Assembly: GCF_024502345.1 (NCBI RefSeq)
Contig: NZ_JALDNN010000001.1
Strand: one strand, 5' to 3'
DNA length: 64,000 nucleotides
DNA from: Escherichia coli
Lineage (GTDB): Bacteria; Pseudomonadota; Gammaproteobacteria; Enterobacterales; Enterobacteriaceae
Below are positions 9,006-20,673 of the stretch, piece by piece. Each line of letters opens with the position of its first letter. Position 1 is the first letter of the stretch. The notes beneath the pieces are model-generated. The model was given only the letters and a program-made list of their open reading frames with translations. It made no database searches and was not told where the DNA came from. The position numbers and the translations under genes are program-made.

Positions 9006-9701
9006 ATGCGACTTGATAAATTTATCGCACAGCAACTCGGTGTTAGCCGTGCTATTGCCGGGCGTGAAATCCGCGGCAATCGTGTCACCGTTGATGGCGA
9101 AATCGTCCGCAATGCAGCGTTCAAACTGCTCCCTGAACACGATGTTGCTTATGATGGCAATCCGCTGGTGCAGCAACACGGCCCACGTTATTTCATGCTC
9201 AACAAGCCCCAGGGCTATGTTTGCTCAACTGATGACCCGGATCACCCAACGGTGCTCTATTTTCTGGATGAACCTGTGGCGTGGAAACTGCACGCGGCGG
9301 GGCGGTTGGATATTGATACCACCGGTCTGGTGCTGATGACTGACGACGGTCAGTGGTCGCATCGCATTACTTCTCCGCGTCATCATTGCGAGAAGACCTA
9401 TCTGGTGACGCTGGAATCACCCGTAGCTGACGATACGGCAGAGCAATTTGCCAAAGGCGTACAGCTGCATAACGAAAAAGATCTCACTAAGCCAGCGGTG
9501 CTGGAAGTGATTACCCCTACGCAGGTCCGTCTGACCATCAGCGAAGGGCGTTATCATCAGGTGAAACGCATGTTCGCCGCTGTGGGTAACCATGTGGTTG
9601 AGCTGCATCGTGAACGTATTGGCGGTATTACGCTGGATGCTGATTTAGCCCCCGGTGAATATCGTCCGTTAACTGAAGAAGAAATTGCCAGCGTCGTCTA
9701 A
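9006..9701 (+). CDS. rsuA: 16S rRNA pseudouridine(516) synthase RsuA
   Basis: 231-aa product from [15 protein letters not shown]... (S4 domain plus pseudouridine synthase core); the ORF from 8910 is an upstream in-frame extension. Confidence 0.9.
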   Translation: MRLDKFIAQQLGVSRAIAGREIRGNRVTVDGEIVRNAAFKLLPEHDVAYDGNPLVQQHGPRYFMLNKPQGYVCSTDDPDHPTVLYFLDEPVAWKLHAAGRLDIDTTGLVLMTDDGQWSHRITSPRHHCEKTYLVTLESPVADDTAEQFAKGVQLHNEKDLTKPAVLEVITPTQVRLTISEGRYHQVKRMFAAVGNHVVELHRERIGGITLDADLAPGEYRPLTEEEIASVV

Positions 9702-9728
9702 CTTTTCCATGACTTTCAGGAGCCCGTT

Positions 9729-10919
9729 GTGACCACCCGACAGCATTCGTCGTTTGCTATTGTTTTTATCCTTGGCCTGCTGGCCATGTTGATGCCGCTG
9801 TCGATTGATATGTATCTGCCCGCGCTACCGGTAATTTCAGCGCAGTTTGGCGTACCTGCGGGCAGTACGCAGATGACCCTCAGTACTTATATTCTGGGCT
9901 TTGCGTTGGGGCAGTTAATCTACGGGCCGATGGCAGACAGCTTTGGGCGTAAGCCGGTGGTTCTTGGCGGTACGCTGGTGTTTGCCGCCGCCGCGGTGGC
10001 GTGTGCGTTGGCACAAACCATCGATCAGCTGATTGTGATGCGTTTCTTCCACGGGCTGGCGGCGGCTGCGGCCAGCGTGGTTATCAACGCTTTGATGCGT
10101 GATATCTACCCGAAAGAAGAGTTCTCGCGGATGATGTCGTTTGTCATGCTGGTGACGACCATTGCACCGCTGATGGCACCGATAGTTGGCGGCTGGGTGC
10201 TGGTGTGGCTGAGCTGGCATTACATCTTCTGGATCCTCGCCGTGGCGGCGATTCTGGCTTCGGCAATGATCTTCTTTCTGATCAAAGAAACCTTACCACC
10301 GGAGCGTCGCCAGCCTTTTCACATTCGTACCACTATTGGTAACTTTGCGGCGCTGTTCCGTCATAAGCGTGTCCTGAGTTATATGCTTGCCAGTGGTTTC
10401 AGCTTTGCCGGGATGTTCTCGTTCTTAAGCGCCGGACCGTTTGTCTACATTGAAATTAACCACGTCGCGCCGGAAAACTTTGGTTATTACTTTGCACTAA
10501 ACATTGTTTTCCTGTTCGTGATGACCATTTTTAACAGCCGCTTCGTCCGCCGTATTGGCGCGTTAAATATGTTCCGCTCGGGGTTGTGGATACAGTTTAT
10601 TATGGCGGCGTGGATGGTCATCAGTGCGCTGCTGGGGCTGGGATTCTGGTCGCTGGTGGTTGGCGTTGCGGCGTTTGTGGGCTGCGTGTCGATGGTGTCA
10701 TCCAATGCGATGGCGGTCATTCTTGATGAGTTTCCCCATATGGCGGGAACGGCATCTTCGCTGGCAGGAACCTTCCGTTTTGGCATAGGGGCAATTGTTG
10801 GCGCATTGCTTTCTCTTGCGACCTTTAACTCTGCATGGCCGATGATTTGGTCAATTGCATTCTGCGCAAGCAGCTCCATTCTCTTCTGTCTGTACGCCAG
10901 TCGACCGAAAAAACGGTGA
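9729..10919 (+). CDS. bcr: MFS efflux transporter Bcr (bicyclomycin/sulfonamide resistance)
   Basis: 396-aa multi-TM product recognised as Bcr; GTG start. Confidence 0.9.
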   Translation: MTTRQHSSFAIVFILGLLAMLMPLSIDMYLPALPVISAQFGVPAGSTQMTLSTYILGFALGQLIYGPMADSFGRKPVVLGGTLVFAAAAVACALAQTIDQLIVMRFFHGLAAAAASVVINALMRDIYPKEEFSRMMSFVMLVTTIAPLMAPIVGGWVLVWLSWHYIFWILAVAAILASAMIFFLIKETLPPERRQPFHIRTTIGNFAALFRHKRVLSYMLASGFSFAGMFSFLSAGPFVYIEINHVAPENFGYYFALNIVFLFVMTIFNSRFVRRIGALNMFRSGLWIQFIMAAWMVISALLGLGFWSLVVGVAAFVGCVSMVSSNAMAVILDEFPHMAGTASSLAGTFRFGIGAIVGALLSLATFNSAWPMIWSIAFCASSSILFCLYASRPKKR

Positions 10920-11251
10920 TCTATTGCACAACGAGGAAGCTAAAAGGCTTTCTTTGTTGATGCATGTCAACCACAAATCTATCATTCCCCCGATATATGT
11001 TTATTTTATGTAAAATCAATTTATGTAAAAAGTCACATCATTGTAGTTAAAAAGGTTGAGTTAGATCGCAGAAACGGGTACATATAGCCCCGCAAACGTG
11101 ACCACGCCCGCAGATATTACTTAAATCAGAGCCATAGAGGCCACGCAGGCGAGGCATCAATCTTTACGATCTGTATAAAGACGGATTGTTGATGATGTGT
11201 TAAAATTGATGTAAACAAATTGTGAAGTGAATGTGCTTCCGGGGAAAATAA

Positions 11252-11596
11252 GTGACTTCATTACAACTCTCAATCGTCCATCGACTGCCGCAGAACTATC
11301 GCTGGTCTGCTGGTTTCGCAGGTTCGAAGGTTGAACCGATTCCGCAAAATGGACCGTGCGGTGACAACAGCCTGGTGGCGCTTAAATTGCTTAGCCCGGA
11401 TGGTGATAATGCATGGTCGGTGATGTATAAACTAAGCCAGGCGTTAAGCGACATCGAAGTTCCATGTTCGGTGCTGGAGTGTGAAGGTGAGCCGTGCCTG
11501 TTTGTAAATCGCCAGGACGAGTTTGCTGCAACATGCCGATTGAAAAATTTTGGTGTGGCAATTGCCGAACCCTTTTCAAACTACAATCCTTTTTAA
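11252..11596 (+). CDS. yejG: uncharacterised protein YejG
   Basis: 114-aa ORF recognised as YejG. Confidence 0.85.
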
Positions 11597-11599
11597 GCG

Positions 11600-13189
11600 T
11601 CAGCTCAACGCCAGTAGCTGACGCGTATACTCCTGCTGCGGTGTGGCAAACACGCGCGCGCACGGTCCTTGTTCCACTACTTCCCCTTGTCGCAGTACGA
11701 TAACCTGATGACATAACGCGCGGACAACGTGCAAATCGTGGCTGATAAACAAATAGGCCAGTTGATGCTTTTGTTGCAATGATTTCAATAGCGTCAATAT
11801 TTGCGCCTGTACCGTTTTGTCGAGTGATGATGTCGGTTCATCAAGTATGATCAGCGAGGGCTTAAGAATTAATGCCCTGGCAATCGCAATACGTTGTCGC
11901 TGACCACCAGAGAACTCCGCCGGATAACGGTGGCGTGTTTCAGGATCTAATCCCACTTCATGCATCACGGCTATCACTTGTTGTTCGCGTTGTGCGGCAG
12001 AAAGCGTCGGCTGGTGAACCCGTAAGCCTTCCTCAATAATCTGCAAAACGTTGAGTCGTGGGTTGAGCGAGGAGTTTGGATCCTGAAATACCACCTGAAT
12101 GCGATGACGAATAGGTAACAGCTGGCGGCGATTTAAATTTTGCAGTGGCTGACCGTCAAAGATGATGCTGCCCTGAGAATTAATCAGTCGCAGCAGCGCC
12201 AGTCCCGTCGTACTTTTCCCGGAACCGGACTCGCCCACTAAACCCAGTGTTTCACCCGCTCGTAGCGTAAAACTGATGTTTTTCACCACCACATTATGAT
12301 CCACAATGCGCTTCAAAATCCCTTTGCGAATGGGGAAGGCAACCTGAAGCTGTTCAACATCCAGCAACGTTGAGGCAGGTTCTGGCAACGGCACTGGATC
12401 GCCTGACGATTCACTGTTGAGTAGCTTTTGTGTGTAAGGATGAGTGGGTGAGGCAAATAGCGTAGCGGCGTAATTTTGCTCGACACAGCGACCGTTTTGC
12501 ATTACCGCCACGCGGTGGGCCAGTTTTCTGACAATGCTGAGGTTATGAGTAATAAACAGCATGCCCATATTCAGCTCGCCTTGCAGTTCGCGCAACAGCT
12601 GTAAAATCTGCGCCTGGACAGAGACGTCCAGTGCGGTGGTCGGTTCATCGGCAATTAATAATTCCGGTCGCGTTAACAGCGCCATCGCAATCATCACCCG
12701 CTGGCGTTCGCCGCCGGAGAGCTGATGCGGATAATCTGTCAGCCGTTTTGCCGCCTGGCGGATACCAACGCGATCAAGGCAGTTAAGAATTTCGCCACGA
12801 GCCGCTTCCCGACGCATCCCGCGGTGGAGTGAAAGCACTTCATAAAGCTGTTTTTCCAGGGTATGCAATGGATTTAACGACACCATCGGCTCCTGAAAAA
12901 TCATGGCGATCTTATTACCACGTACGCCGCGCAACGTTTGATCGCTGGCATGAAGCAGCGATTCGCCATGAAAACGAATATCGCCGGAGAGATATTCAAC
13001 CGGCGGGGAAGGGAGCAGGCGTAAAATTGACAGCGCGGTAACGCTTTTGCCTGAACCAGACTCACCCACCAGCGCCAGCGTTTCGCCAGCCTCAATCTGT
13101 AGTGAAACATCATTTACTACTGTACGTACGGTTTGCTGATGGCGAAAACCCACCGACAAATCTTCAATCGCTAACAGAGTTTGCGTCAT
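11600..13189 (-). CDS. yejF: ABC transporter ATPase YejF (duplicated ATP-binding domains; peptide/microcin C uptake)
   Basis: Two Walker A motifs (GESGSGKS twice) and two LSGG signature motifs; start taken at MTQTLLAIE (529 aa). Confidence 0.9.
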   Translation of the reverse strand: MTQTLLAIEDLSVGFRHQQTVRTVVNDVSLQIEAGETLALVGESGSGKSVTALSILRLLPSPPVEYLSGDIRFHGESLLHASDQTLRGVRGNKIAMIFQEPMVSLNPLHTLEKQLYEVLSLHRGMRREAARGEILNCLDRVGIRQAAKRLTDYPHQLSGGERQRVMIAMALLTRPELLIADEPTTALDVSVQAQILQLLRELQGELNMGMLFITHNLSIVRKLAHRVAVMQNGRCVEQNYAATLFASPTHPYTQKLLNSESSGDPVPLPEPASTLLDVEQLQVAFPIRKGILKRIVDHNVVVKNISFTLRAGETLGLVGESGSGKSTTGLALLRLINSQGSIIFDGQPLQNLNRRQLLPIRHRIQVVFQDPNSSLNPRLNVLQIIEEGLRVHQPTLSAAQREQQVIAVMHEVGLDPETRHRYPAEFSGGQRQRIAIARALILKPSLIILDEPTSSLDKTVQAQILTLLKSLQQKHQLAYLFISHDLHVVRALCHQVIVLRQGEVVEQGPCARVFATPQQEYTRQLLALS

Positions 13190-13190
13190 G

Positions 13191-14216
13191 CTACACCGCC
13201 TTATTAGGATCAAATGCGTCGCGGACGGCTTCACCAATAAAGATCAGCAAAGACAATAATATCGCCACCGACAAGAAGGCGGTGATCCCAAGCCACGGGG
13301 CCTGAAGGTTATTTTTCCCTTGTAACAGCAGTTCACCGAGTGACGGTGAACCGAGCGGCAGACCGAAGCCGAGGAAATCGAGTGAGGTCAGGGTGGTGAT
13401 CGAACTACATAAAATAAACGGTAAAAAGGTGAGGGTCGCGACCATGGCATTAGGCAACATATGACGCAGGATGATACTGCGATCGCTGACGCCAAGCGCC
13501 TGCGCCGCACGAATGTAGTCGAAATTACGGGTACGTAAAAACTCCGCCCGCACCACGCCGACCAGACTCATCCAGCCAAACAAGACAGTAATTGCCAGCA
13601 GCCACCAGAAGTTAGGCTGTACGACGCTGGAAAGTAAAATAATCAAAAACAGCGTCGGCATCCCCGACCATACTTCAATAAAGCGTTGTCCCCAGAGATC
13701 GACTTTACCGCCGTAATAGCCTTGTAGCGCCCCCGCCAGCACGCCCATCACGCTGGAACAGAGAGTCAGCATCAGGCCAAACAGAACCGAGATCCGCGTG
13801 CCATAGAGAATACGTGCCAGCACATCGCCGCCGTTGGCATCCGTTCCCAGCCAGTTTTGCCGGGAGGGTGGAGAAGGGAAGGGCTTATCGGTAGCAAAGT
13901 TGATACTGGTAGCACCAAAGCGAATCGGTGCCCACAGTACCCAGCCGTTATTTTCCAGCCGTTGTTTCAGCCACGGGTCCTGATAATCAGCCTGACTTGC
14001 CAGAGGGCCGCCAAAATCGCTTTCACTGTAATTTTTCAACAACGGAAAATACCAACTGCCGTCATAACGCACCAGCAACGGTTTATCGTTGGCGATAAGT
14101 TCAGAACACAAACTCAAACCAAACAAAACGAGGAAAATCCATAACGACCAGTAGCCGCGACGGTTATGGCGAAAACGCGCCCAACGGGCCTGATTGACGG
14201 GGCTGAGTCGCGACAT
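13191..14216 (-). CDS. yejE: ABC transporter permease YejE
   Basis: 341-aa multi-TM ORF recognised as YejE; stop/start adjacent to yejF and yejB. Confidence 0.9.
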   Translation of the reverse strand: MSRLSPVNQARWARFRHNRRGYWSLWIFLVLFGLSLCSELIANDKPLLVRYDGSWYFPLLKNYSESDFGGPLASQADYQDPWLKQRLENNGWVLWAPIRFGATSINFATDKPFPSPPSRQNWLGTDANGGDVLARILYGTRISVLFGLMLTLCSSVMGVLAGALQGYYGGKVDLWGQRFIEVWSGMPTLFLIILLSSVVQPNFWWLLAITVLFGWMSLVGVVRAEFLRTRNFDYIRAAQALGVSDRSIILRHMLPNAMVATLTFLPFILCSSITTLTSLDFLGFGLPLGSPSLGELLLQGKNNLQAPWLGITAFLSVAILLSLLIFIGEAVRDAFDPNKAV

Positions 14217-15310
14217 TAACGTCCCTCAAAATCTATACGCGGATCGACCAGCGTATAGCTGATATCACTGACAATATTCAGCAGCAGGCCAATCAGGGTG
14301 AAAATATACAAGGTACCAAACATTACAGGATAATCGCGCGAGACGGTCGCTTCGTAGCCCAGTAAGCCAAGACCATTGAGTGAAAACATCACCTCAATCA
14401 GCAGCGAGCCGGTAAAAAACATGCTGATAAACGTCGCCGGAAAACCGGCAATCACCAGCAGCATGGCGTTGCGGAACACATGTTTCCAGAGAATATTTTT
14501 TTCACTTACCCCTTTCGCACGCGCGGTCACCACGTATTGCTTGCGTACTTCATCAAGGAATGAGTTTTTTGTCAGCATAGTCAGCGCCGCAAAGCCACCA
14601 ATCACCGTCGCCAGCACCGGCAGCGTGATATGCCACAGATAATCGGTGATTTTCTGATACCACGGCAGCGAATCAAAGTTAGCGGAAACCAGGCCGCGTA
14701 GAGGGAACAGGTCGAAATAGCTGCCGCCTGCGAAGAAGACAATCAGCAGGATGGCAAACAAAAAGGCCGGAATGGCGTAGCCGATGATGATAAATGCGCT
14801 ACTCCAGACGTCAAAGCGGCTCCCATTATAAACAGCTTTGCGAATGCCTAACGGAATCGACACCAGATAGATAATCAGCGTGCTCCATAATCCGAGGGTG
14901 ATGGAAACCGGCAGACTGTCTTTAATCAGCGTCAGCACCGAGGCGCTGCGAAACAGGCTATCGCCAAAATCAAAGCGGATGTAGTCCCAGAGCATTTTGA
15001 AGTAACGTTCGTGGATCGGCTTATCGAAACCGTAGCGATGAGTGATCTCGGCGATCACTTCTGGATCTAATCCGCGTCCGCCACGGTAATTACTGTCGCT
15101 GATATTGCCGACACCCGTTTGCGCATGGCTGGCACGAACACCTTCACCGCCTGCGCCGGGTAATACTCCGGCATTACCAAACTCAATGGCGGCGATGGCC
15201 TGGTCGATCGGACCGCCAGGCGCAATTTGCACGATGAAAAAGTTGATAGTGATAATCGCCCATAACGTTGGGATCACCAGCAACAGACGGCGAATCAGAT
15301 AAGCGCCCAT
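14216..15310 (-). CDS. yejB: ABC transporter permease YejB
   Basis: 364-aa multi-TM ORF recognised as YejB. Confidence 0.9.
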   Translation of the reverse strand: MGAYLIRRLLLVIPTLWAIITINFFIVQIAPGGPIDQAIAAIEFGNAGVLPGAGGEGVRASHAQTGVGNISDSNYRGGRGLDPEVIAEITHRYGFDKPIHERYFKMLWDYIRFDFGDSLFRSASVLTLIKDSLPVSITLGLWSTLIIYLVSIPLGIRKAVYNGSRFDVWSSAFIIIGYAIPAFLFAILLIVFFAGGSYFDLFPLRGLVSANFDSLPWYQKITDYLWHITLPVLATVIGGFAALTMLTKNSFLDEVRKQYVVTARAKGVSEKNILWKHVFRNAMLLVIAGFPATFISMFFTGSLLIEVMFSLNGLGLLGYEATVSRDYPVMFGTLYIFTLIGLLLNIVSDISYTLVDPRIDFEGR

Positions 15311-17125
15311 CTACTCTCCCTGTTGCCTGGCTGACGGCAGTTTGGCCGCTTTATTAACGTCATACCACCAGGTATCGATACCCAGGCTGTAAACAGGGCG
15401 TACAGCGGGTTGGGAGAATTTATCCCACCAGGCGAGACGGTCTTCCGCCATGTACCACATTGGCAGCATGTAATAATTCCACGTTAATACGCGATCCAGT
15501 GCTCGCCCTAACGGCAGTAATTTTTCTTTATTTCCCTGCGCGGCAATAATTTGGTTGATCAGCGAGTCGATAACCGGGCTTTGCACGCCGGGGGCATTAT
15601 AAGTGGAATTGATATATTCCGATGACCAGGAAATCTGTAAATCGGAACTGGGCCACGGCATCGCCCGCCATACGCGCGGCATCATGTCATAGTCGCGACT
15701 GCGCATGCGGTTGGTGATTTGCGAGTTATCCACCTTGCGAATGTCCATGTTGATACCCAGCCGTTGCAGGCTGTGCTGGAACGGCAATACCCACTGACTA
15801 TTGCTGCTTGCAGGAAGCAATAATTCAAAGCTGAGTGGCTGACCCGTTGTGGCATTAACGCGTTGCTGACCCTTCAGCACCCAGCCCGCTTCGTTGAGAA
15901 GTTTGTCGGCTTTTAACAGGTTGTCACGATCGTAGCCATCGCCTTTAGATACCGGCGGCTGGTAGATTTGTGTGAAGACTTCTGACGGTAGATCTTTTTT
16001 CATTGGTGCCAGAAGCACCAGCTCCGCGGCGTCGGGGTAATTTCTGGCCGCGTATTCGGTATTCTGAAAATAACTGTTCGTGCGACTCCAGGCATTGTAA
16101 AACAACGCCTTGTTCATCCATTCAAAGTCAAAGGCGAGGGTGATTGCTTCGCGGACCCGGCGATCGCTGAATACCGGACGTTGGATATTAAACGCCAGCC
16201 AGCGCGTATCCTGGGCTGATTCGTTCTTTTGCTCATCTTTGATGATGTATTTTTTATCGAAATTTTTACCGGTATAACGCGTGGCCCAGTTTTTAGCGTC
16301 GTTTTCCATACGCAAATCAAAGGCACCTGCTTTAAACGCTTCAAAGGCGACATTATCATCGAGGTAATAATCGTAGCGAATGGTGTCGAAATTCCAGCGT
16401 CCACGGTTTACCGGTAAGTTTGCTGCCCAGTAATCTTTCACGCGGGAATAGACAATATTTTGCCCCATTTTCCAGGACGTAATTCGGTACGGACCACTGG
16501 CAAGCGGAGGCGTGGCGAGTGGATCGCTAAGTTTGTGATCCTTCCAGTACTTTTCTGGAAATACCGGCAGCGAAAACAGACTCAACATATCTTCTTTGCC
16601 GGGTTTAGCTAACTCAATGCGCACGGTTAACGGCGCAATGGCTTTGACGGTGGTGCCTTTGTAGACCAGACGAAATTGCGGCACGCCTTCGGTCATAAAT
16701 TTTTGAAAAGTAAACTCTACATCGCGGGCAGTAATGGGCGAACCATCATGAAAACGGGCGCGCGGATTAATAGCTACCTCCACCCAGGAATAATCGTCAG
16801 CATAGCGTGCACTTTCAGCAATCAGCGGGTAATAACTGCCTGGTTCGTCATCGGAAGTCGTAAATAGCGTGTCGTACAGCTGCTCGGTGCGTGCGCCCGG
16901 GTTGCCGCGCAGTGCATAGCGGTTGAAATTATCGAAGGTGCCGAGGGCTGACAACGTTATCTGCCCACCTTTTGGCGCGGCGGGGTTCACATAATCAAAA
17001 TGGTTGAAATTAAACGCGTACCGGGGTTCGCCCAGCACGGCAAAGGCATAGCTTTCCTTGATAGCCTGCGCCTGCGCACCAAAGGTGAACAGAGCGATAA
17101 ACAGCAGCAGTATGCGCACAATCAT
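15311..17125 (-). CDS. yejA: periplasmic oligopeptide-binding protein YejA
   Basis: Signal peptide followed by a family-5 solute-binding domain; start taken at the second Met (MIVRILLL); the longest ORF runs to 17131. Confidence 0.85.
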   Translation of the reverse strand: MIVRILLLFIALFTFGAQAQAIKESYAFAVLGEPRYAFNFNHFDYVNPAAPKGGQITLSALGTFDNFNRYALRGNPGARTEQLYDTLFTTSDDEPGSYYPLIAESARYADDYSWVEVAINPRARFHDGSPITARDVEFTFQKFMTEGVPQFRLVYKGTTVKAIAPLTVRIELAKPGKEDMLSLFSLPVFPEKYWKDHKLSDPLATPPLASGPYRITSWKMGQNIVYSRVKDYWAANLPVNRGRWNFDTIRYDYYLDDNVAFEAFKAGAFDLRMENDAKNWATRYTGKNFDKKYIIKDEQKNESAQDTRWLAFNIQRPVFSDRRVREAITLAFDFEWMNKALFYNAWSRTNSYFQNTEYAARNYPDAAELVLLAPMKKDLPSEVFTQIYQPPVSKGDGYDRDNLLKADKLLNEAGWVLKGQQRVNATTGQPLSFELLLPASSNSQWVLPFQHSLQRLGINMDIRKVDNSQITNRMRSRDYDMMPRVWRAMPWPSSDLQISWSSEYINSTYNAPGVQSPVIDSLINQIIAAQGNKEKLLPLGRALDRVLTWNYYMLPMWYMAEDRLAWWDKFSQPAVRPVYSLGIDTWWYDVNKAAKLPSARQQGE

Positions 17126-17206
17126 CTGCAACGGATTTCCTTTTACTCATCATTAGCCGCAATCCGGCATGCTTTCACTATGAATAATAAGGGACGTAAG
17201 CACACC

Positions 17207-18763
17207 TTACCACTGCGGCGTATACGGTTTCTTCAGCCAGCGGACAAAATCGTCCAGCGGTAACGGGCGACTAATCCAGTAGCCTTGCATGAAATTAACG
17301 CCGCGTTCGCTTAGCCATCGCGCCTGTTCCGGCGTTTCGACCCCTTCAGCAACCGTCAGCATATTGAGGCGTTTCGCCAGCGTCAGCACCGCGTCAAGTA
17401 CGGGTGAAGTGATCGTTTCCGTACCGATGGCGTTGATAAATCCACGGTCAATTTTCAGATAATCGAGCGTAAAACGCTCAAGATAGATAAGCGCGCTGTG
17501 CCCGGTGCCGAAGTCATCAATAGCAATTTCTATGCCGACCGAGTGCAGCCAGGCGAAGAGTTGTGTGGCTTCTTGCTCTTTCAGCATATCGCGCTCGGTA
17601 ATTTCCAGCACAATCTGGAAATGGTGTGCGGGCAGGGAAGTGAGCAGTTTCTGGATATCTGCTTTAAAGCTTTCGCTGTGCAGATGGTCCGGCGCAATGT
17701 TAATACCAAATTTGACGCCTACCGGCAGCACTTTTTCTAATTCTGCGGCATCGCGGGCAATTAACTCAAACAGGTGCTGAGTCAGCGGCACAATCATCTT
17801 TTGAGATTCGGCAAAGTTAATGAAGGCATCCGGGGGAATTTCTCCCGCGACAGGATGCCGCCAGCGTAGCAGTACTTCCAGGCCCGTTACTCGCAAAGCT
17901 TGTGTATCCACCACCGGTTGATACGCCACGTAAAATTGTTCGCGCTTGATGGCGGTCATGATTTCTCTGCCGGGGCGCATACGTACGCTCATCAGGTAAT
18001 AGCAGAGCAGGCCAACGACAGTTCCACTCATGCCGCCCAGTAAAAATGCGTACCACACATCGTTCCATGTCCAGTCATCTGCATAAAGCCGAACGGTCAG
18101 AGGAATGCCCGCAATTTTAGTTTCACGGACTGGCATGTCGGTTAATTCATTAACGTTCATCAAACGTGAAGAAAAGGTAGATAGCGCAGTATTACCAATA
18201 ATGAGGGCGACGCCATCGTAATCTTCCTGCCTTGAACTATAAAAGAGAGAAGGCGTCAGGTTGAGATTCAGAGCGGCAAAGACGCCGCTATTTTTCAGCA
18301 AAGGGTTGCGATACCAGATGACGATTGCGGGTTTGTTCGGCACCATCGGCGTGCCGGGTAAGATCGCCATATCGACGTTTTTATTAATGTCGAGCGCCGG
18401 AATCAATTCATTGAGTGGAATGTCCATCTCACCGGTCGCAGATGAACAGAATGTTTTTTTATCTTTCACCAGCACAAACGTACGGACATTCATGCTAAAC
18501 GCCGCGCGGGCGGTCAGTTCGGGGTTAGCCTGCTGGCAGGTATCTAAGGTCAGCGGCTGGAGCCGGTCAGTAGTGGATTTCAGGTCGGCAAAATAGGTAT
18601 CGAGATACTTTTGTACGTCGGTAATCAGTGTGTCGTATTTGACTTCGTGCTTATGCCAGGCCACTAAAAACTGAAGGCAACTCACCAGTATCGCAATCAT
18701 TACGCCTGCAACAATGCAGGTAAGCAGGAGCTTACGTCCAGAATTGGGAGCGCGTATGAACAT
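17207..18763 (-). CDS. rtn: EAL-domain membrane protein Rtn (c-di-GMP phosphodiesterase family)
   Basis: 518-aa product with N-terminal TM/periplasmic region and C-terminal EAL domain (EVLLRW..., DDFGTGHS). Confidence 0.85.
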   Translation of the reverse strand: MFIRAPNSGRKLLLTCIVAGVMIAILVSCLQFLVAWHKHEVKYDTLITDVQKYLDTYFADLKSTTDRLQPLTLDTCQQANPELTARAAFSMNVRTFVLVKDKKTFCSSATGEMDIPLNELIPALDINKNVDMAILPGTPMVPNKPAIVIWYRNPLLKNSGVFAALNLNLTPSLFYSSRQEDYDGVALIIGNTALSTFSSRLMNVNELTDMPVRETKIAGIPLTVRLYADDWTWNDVWYAFLLGGMSGTVVGLLCYYLMSVRMRPGREIMTAIKREQFYVAYQPVVDTQALRVTGLEVLLRWRHPVAGEIPPDAFINFAESQKMIVPLTQHLFELIARDAAELEKVLPVGVKFGINIAPDHLHSESFKADIQKLLTSLPAHHFQIVLEITERDMLKEQEATQLFAWLHSVGIEIAIDDFGTGHSALIYLERFTLDYLKIDRGFINAIGTETITSPVLDAVLTLAKRLNMLTVAEGVETPEQARWLSERGVNFMQGYWISRPLPLDDFVRWLKKPYTPQW

Positions 18764-18943
18764 GATTCCGTTAATTTCCTGAAATTACGACAACATTTAA
18801 AAGATAACAATGACCGGACTATAGCCTGGATCAAGACGCGGAAACATCATTTTCTCTGATGAATGAAAACAAAAAAGCACTGCCTAAGCAGTGCTTTCAG
18901 TTAACTCGTCAGGATAGCCAAGGGATTGCATCCAAACGGTTTA

Positions 18944-19510
18944 TTAGCTGCGGCTGAGAACCCGGCGTGCTTCGTTGTAACGCTTCTTCCAGTACGGTTC
19001 ATTCATGCTGGAAATAATAACACCACTGCTGGTGGAAGCATGGACAAACTGATTGTTGCCGATATAAATACCGACATGGCGTCCCGTTGAACCGGCACGG
19101 AACAGAACTAAATCACCCGTACGCAAATTACTGCGGGAAACAGATTTACCCATTTCCTGCTGTTCGTAAGTCGAACGCGGAAGTTCTAAGCCAAATTGCT
19201 CACGGAATGTACGCTGTACAAAACCAGAACAATCGATACCTTTTTTAGTGCTGCCGCCCAGACGATAACGTACGCCTTTCCAGTCAGCATACTGATCCAT
19301 AATTCGCGATTTTACGTCGACATTACGAACCAGGTTTTCAAATTCATCCTGAGAAGCTTGCAGTGATGATGTTTCACTACCCACTGCACGTGTCTCAGGA
19401 TGCATATTCTTTGCGGTGTTATTTGCACTACATGCAGAAAGCAGAACCGCTACTGCAATCGCGGGGATCCCGCGCAAGATATATCTCAAAATCGGTTGAG
19501 ATTTGACCAT
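18944..19510 (-). CDS. mepS: murein DD-endopeptidase MepS (Spr), NlpC/P60 lipoprotein
   Basis: 188-aa product with lipobox (LLSAC) and NlpC/P60 core (GIDCSGFV...H). Confidence 0.9.
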
Positions 19511-19921
19511 GTTGTTTGTTTTCCCTTGAAGTCCTTAACGACAAATATCGTTATAAAAAAATGCCAAGCGACACGAGACTAATTACCTGGGCATGTTGAA
19601 ACAATTCCTTAAGGCCAAATCTGTGGACTAACGCACAAAATTATATGCTGTGAGGATAATCTACCGCCGAGGCAAAACGAGTTCGAGATTACCCGATTGG
19701 TGCGGTCTTGGCGAGCGGTTTTACATGATTTTTTATAAGAAAAAGTGATACAGAAAGTTAATAAGCGGGATTGGTCAATTAAAGTACGATTGAGTGAAAC
19801 GCATGCAATCCATTCATTTACTTAGAGAATGATTTTTGCTTTCGATGGATGAAAGCACGGTGCGCATCATCAGGATTATCCTCACTATAAAAATAAACCT
19901 GATGATGTTAATTACTGTGAG

Positions 19922-20635
19922 TTATTTGTTTTGGAAATGTTTGTTTTTTCCCGGTAGTGATTTGTCAAAAAAAGTGATTAATCGATCACTTAATGGCGTC
20001 AGCAACACCCAGGGCAAACCGATCAATATCACGGTCATCGAACCGACAATGATGTCAGTAAACCAGTGTGCGCCAATCATTACTCTGGGAAACGCAAAAA
20101 CCACAAAAATAATAAGGGCGATAAGACCTGCAACTTTGCCGAAATAACGCCACATGAATGCCGAAAAAATAAGCAGCATCATGCCGTGATCGCCGGGAAA
20201 GCTATCTCGTGAGGCATCTTTCGTGGGAACAGAGAGCAGTTCGCTGACGCGGTTAATATCGGTAAAAGTCAATGTTGGGCTGGCCCGTTTTACAGGAATT
20301 AATGCCTGACCCAGCTGGTTTAATACCACTGCAGTTAATAGCATGACCAGACCAATAATCACGATACGTCGTCTGCCAGGGGCGTTTTCTTTCAGCCAGA
20401 AACTCAGCATCAACATACCCATCGCCAGCAGTGAACAACCGTCGAAGGCGCGATTGTTGGTCAATGCAACCAGCCACAAAAAGGCCTTACTTTCGACCAG
20501 TTTCTGATTAAAGAAATAAAAAATATCCGCATCAATCGGCAACCAGAATCCATGATTAACGGGAATATACCAGGAAAGAAACAGCGCGAGGCCGACAATA
20601 TTCAACAACACTATTTGCGGCAAATTTTTAATCAT
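19922..20635 (-). CDS. lpxT: lipid A 1-diphosphate synthase LpxT (PAP2 family)
   Basis: Start taken at MIKNLPQIVLL (237 aa); multi-TM PAP2-like protein. The ORF to 20671 is an upstream extension. Confidence 0.85.
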   Translation of the reverse strand: MIKNLPQIVLLNIVGLALFLSWYIPVNHGFWLPIDADIFYFFNQKLVESKAFLWLVALTNNRAFDGCSLLAMGMLMLSFWLKENAPGRRRIVIIGLVMLLTAVVLNQLGQALIPVKRASPTLTFTDINRVSELLSVPTKDASRDSFPGDHGMMLLIFSAFMWRYFGKVAGLIALIIFVVFAFPRVMIGAHWFTDIIVGSMTVILIGLPWVLLTPLSDRLITFFDKSLPGKNKHFQNK

Positions 20636-20673
20636 ATTTTCTCTAATTATCTTACTGAAAAACGCAGGCAACC

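Noticed and set aside
11598-11628. Hairpin between convergent yejG and yejF as a discrete terminator
   Set aside because: The stem overlaps the yejF 3' coding end and lacks a clear T-run; too weak to call.
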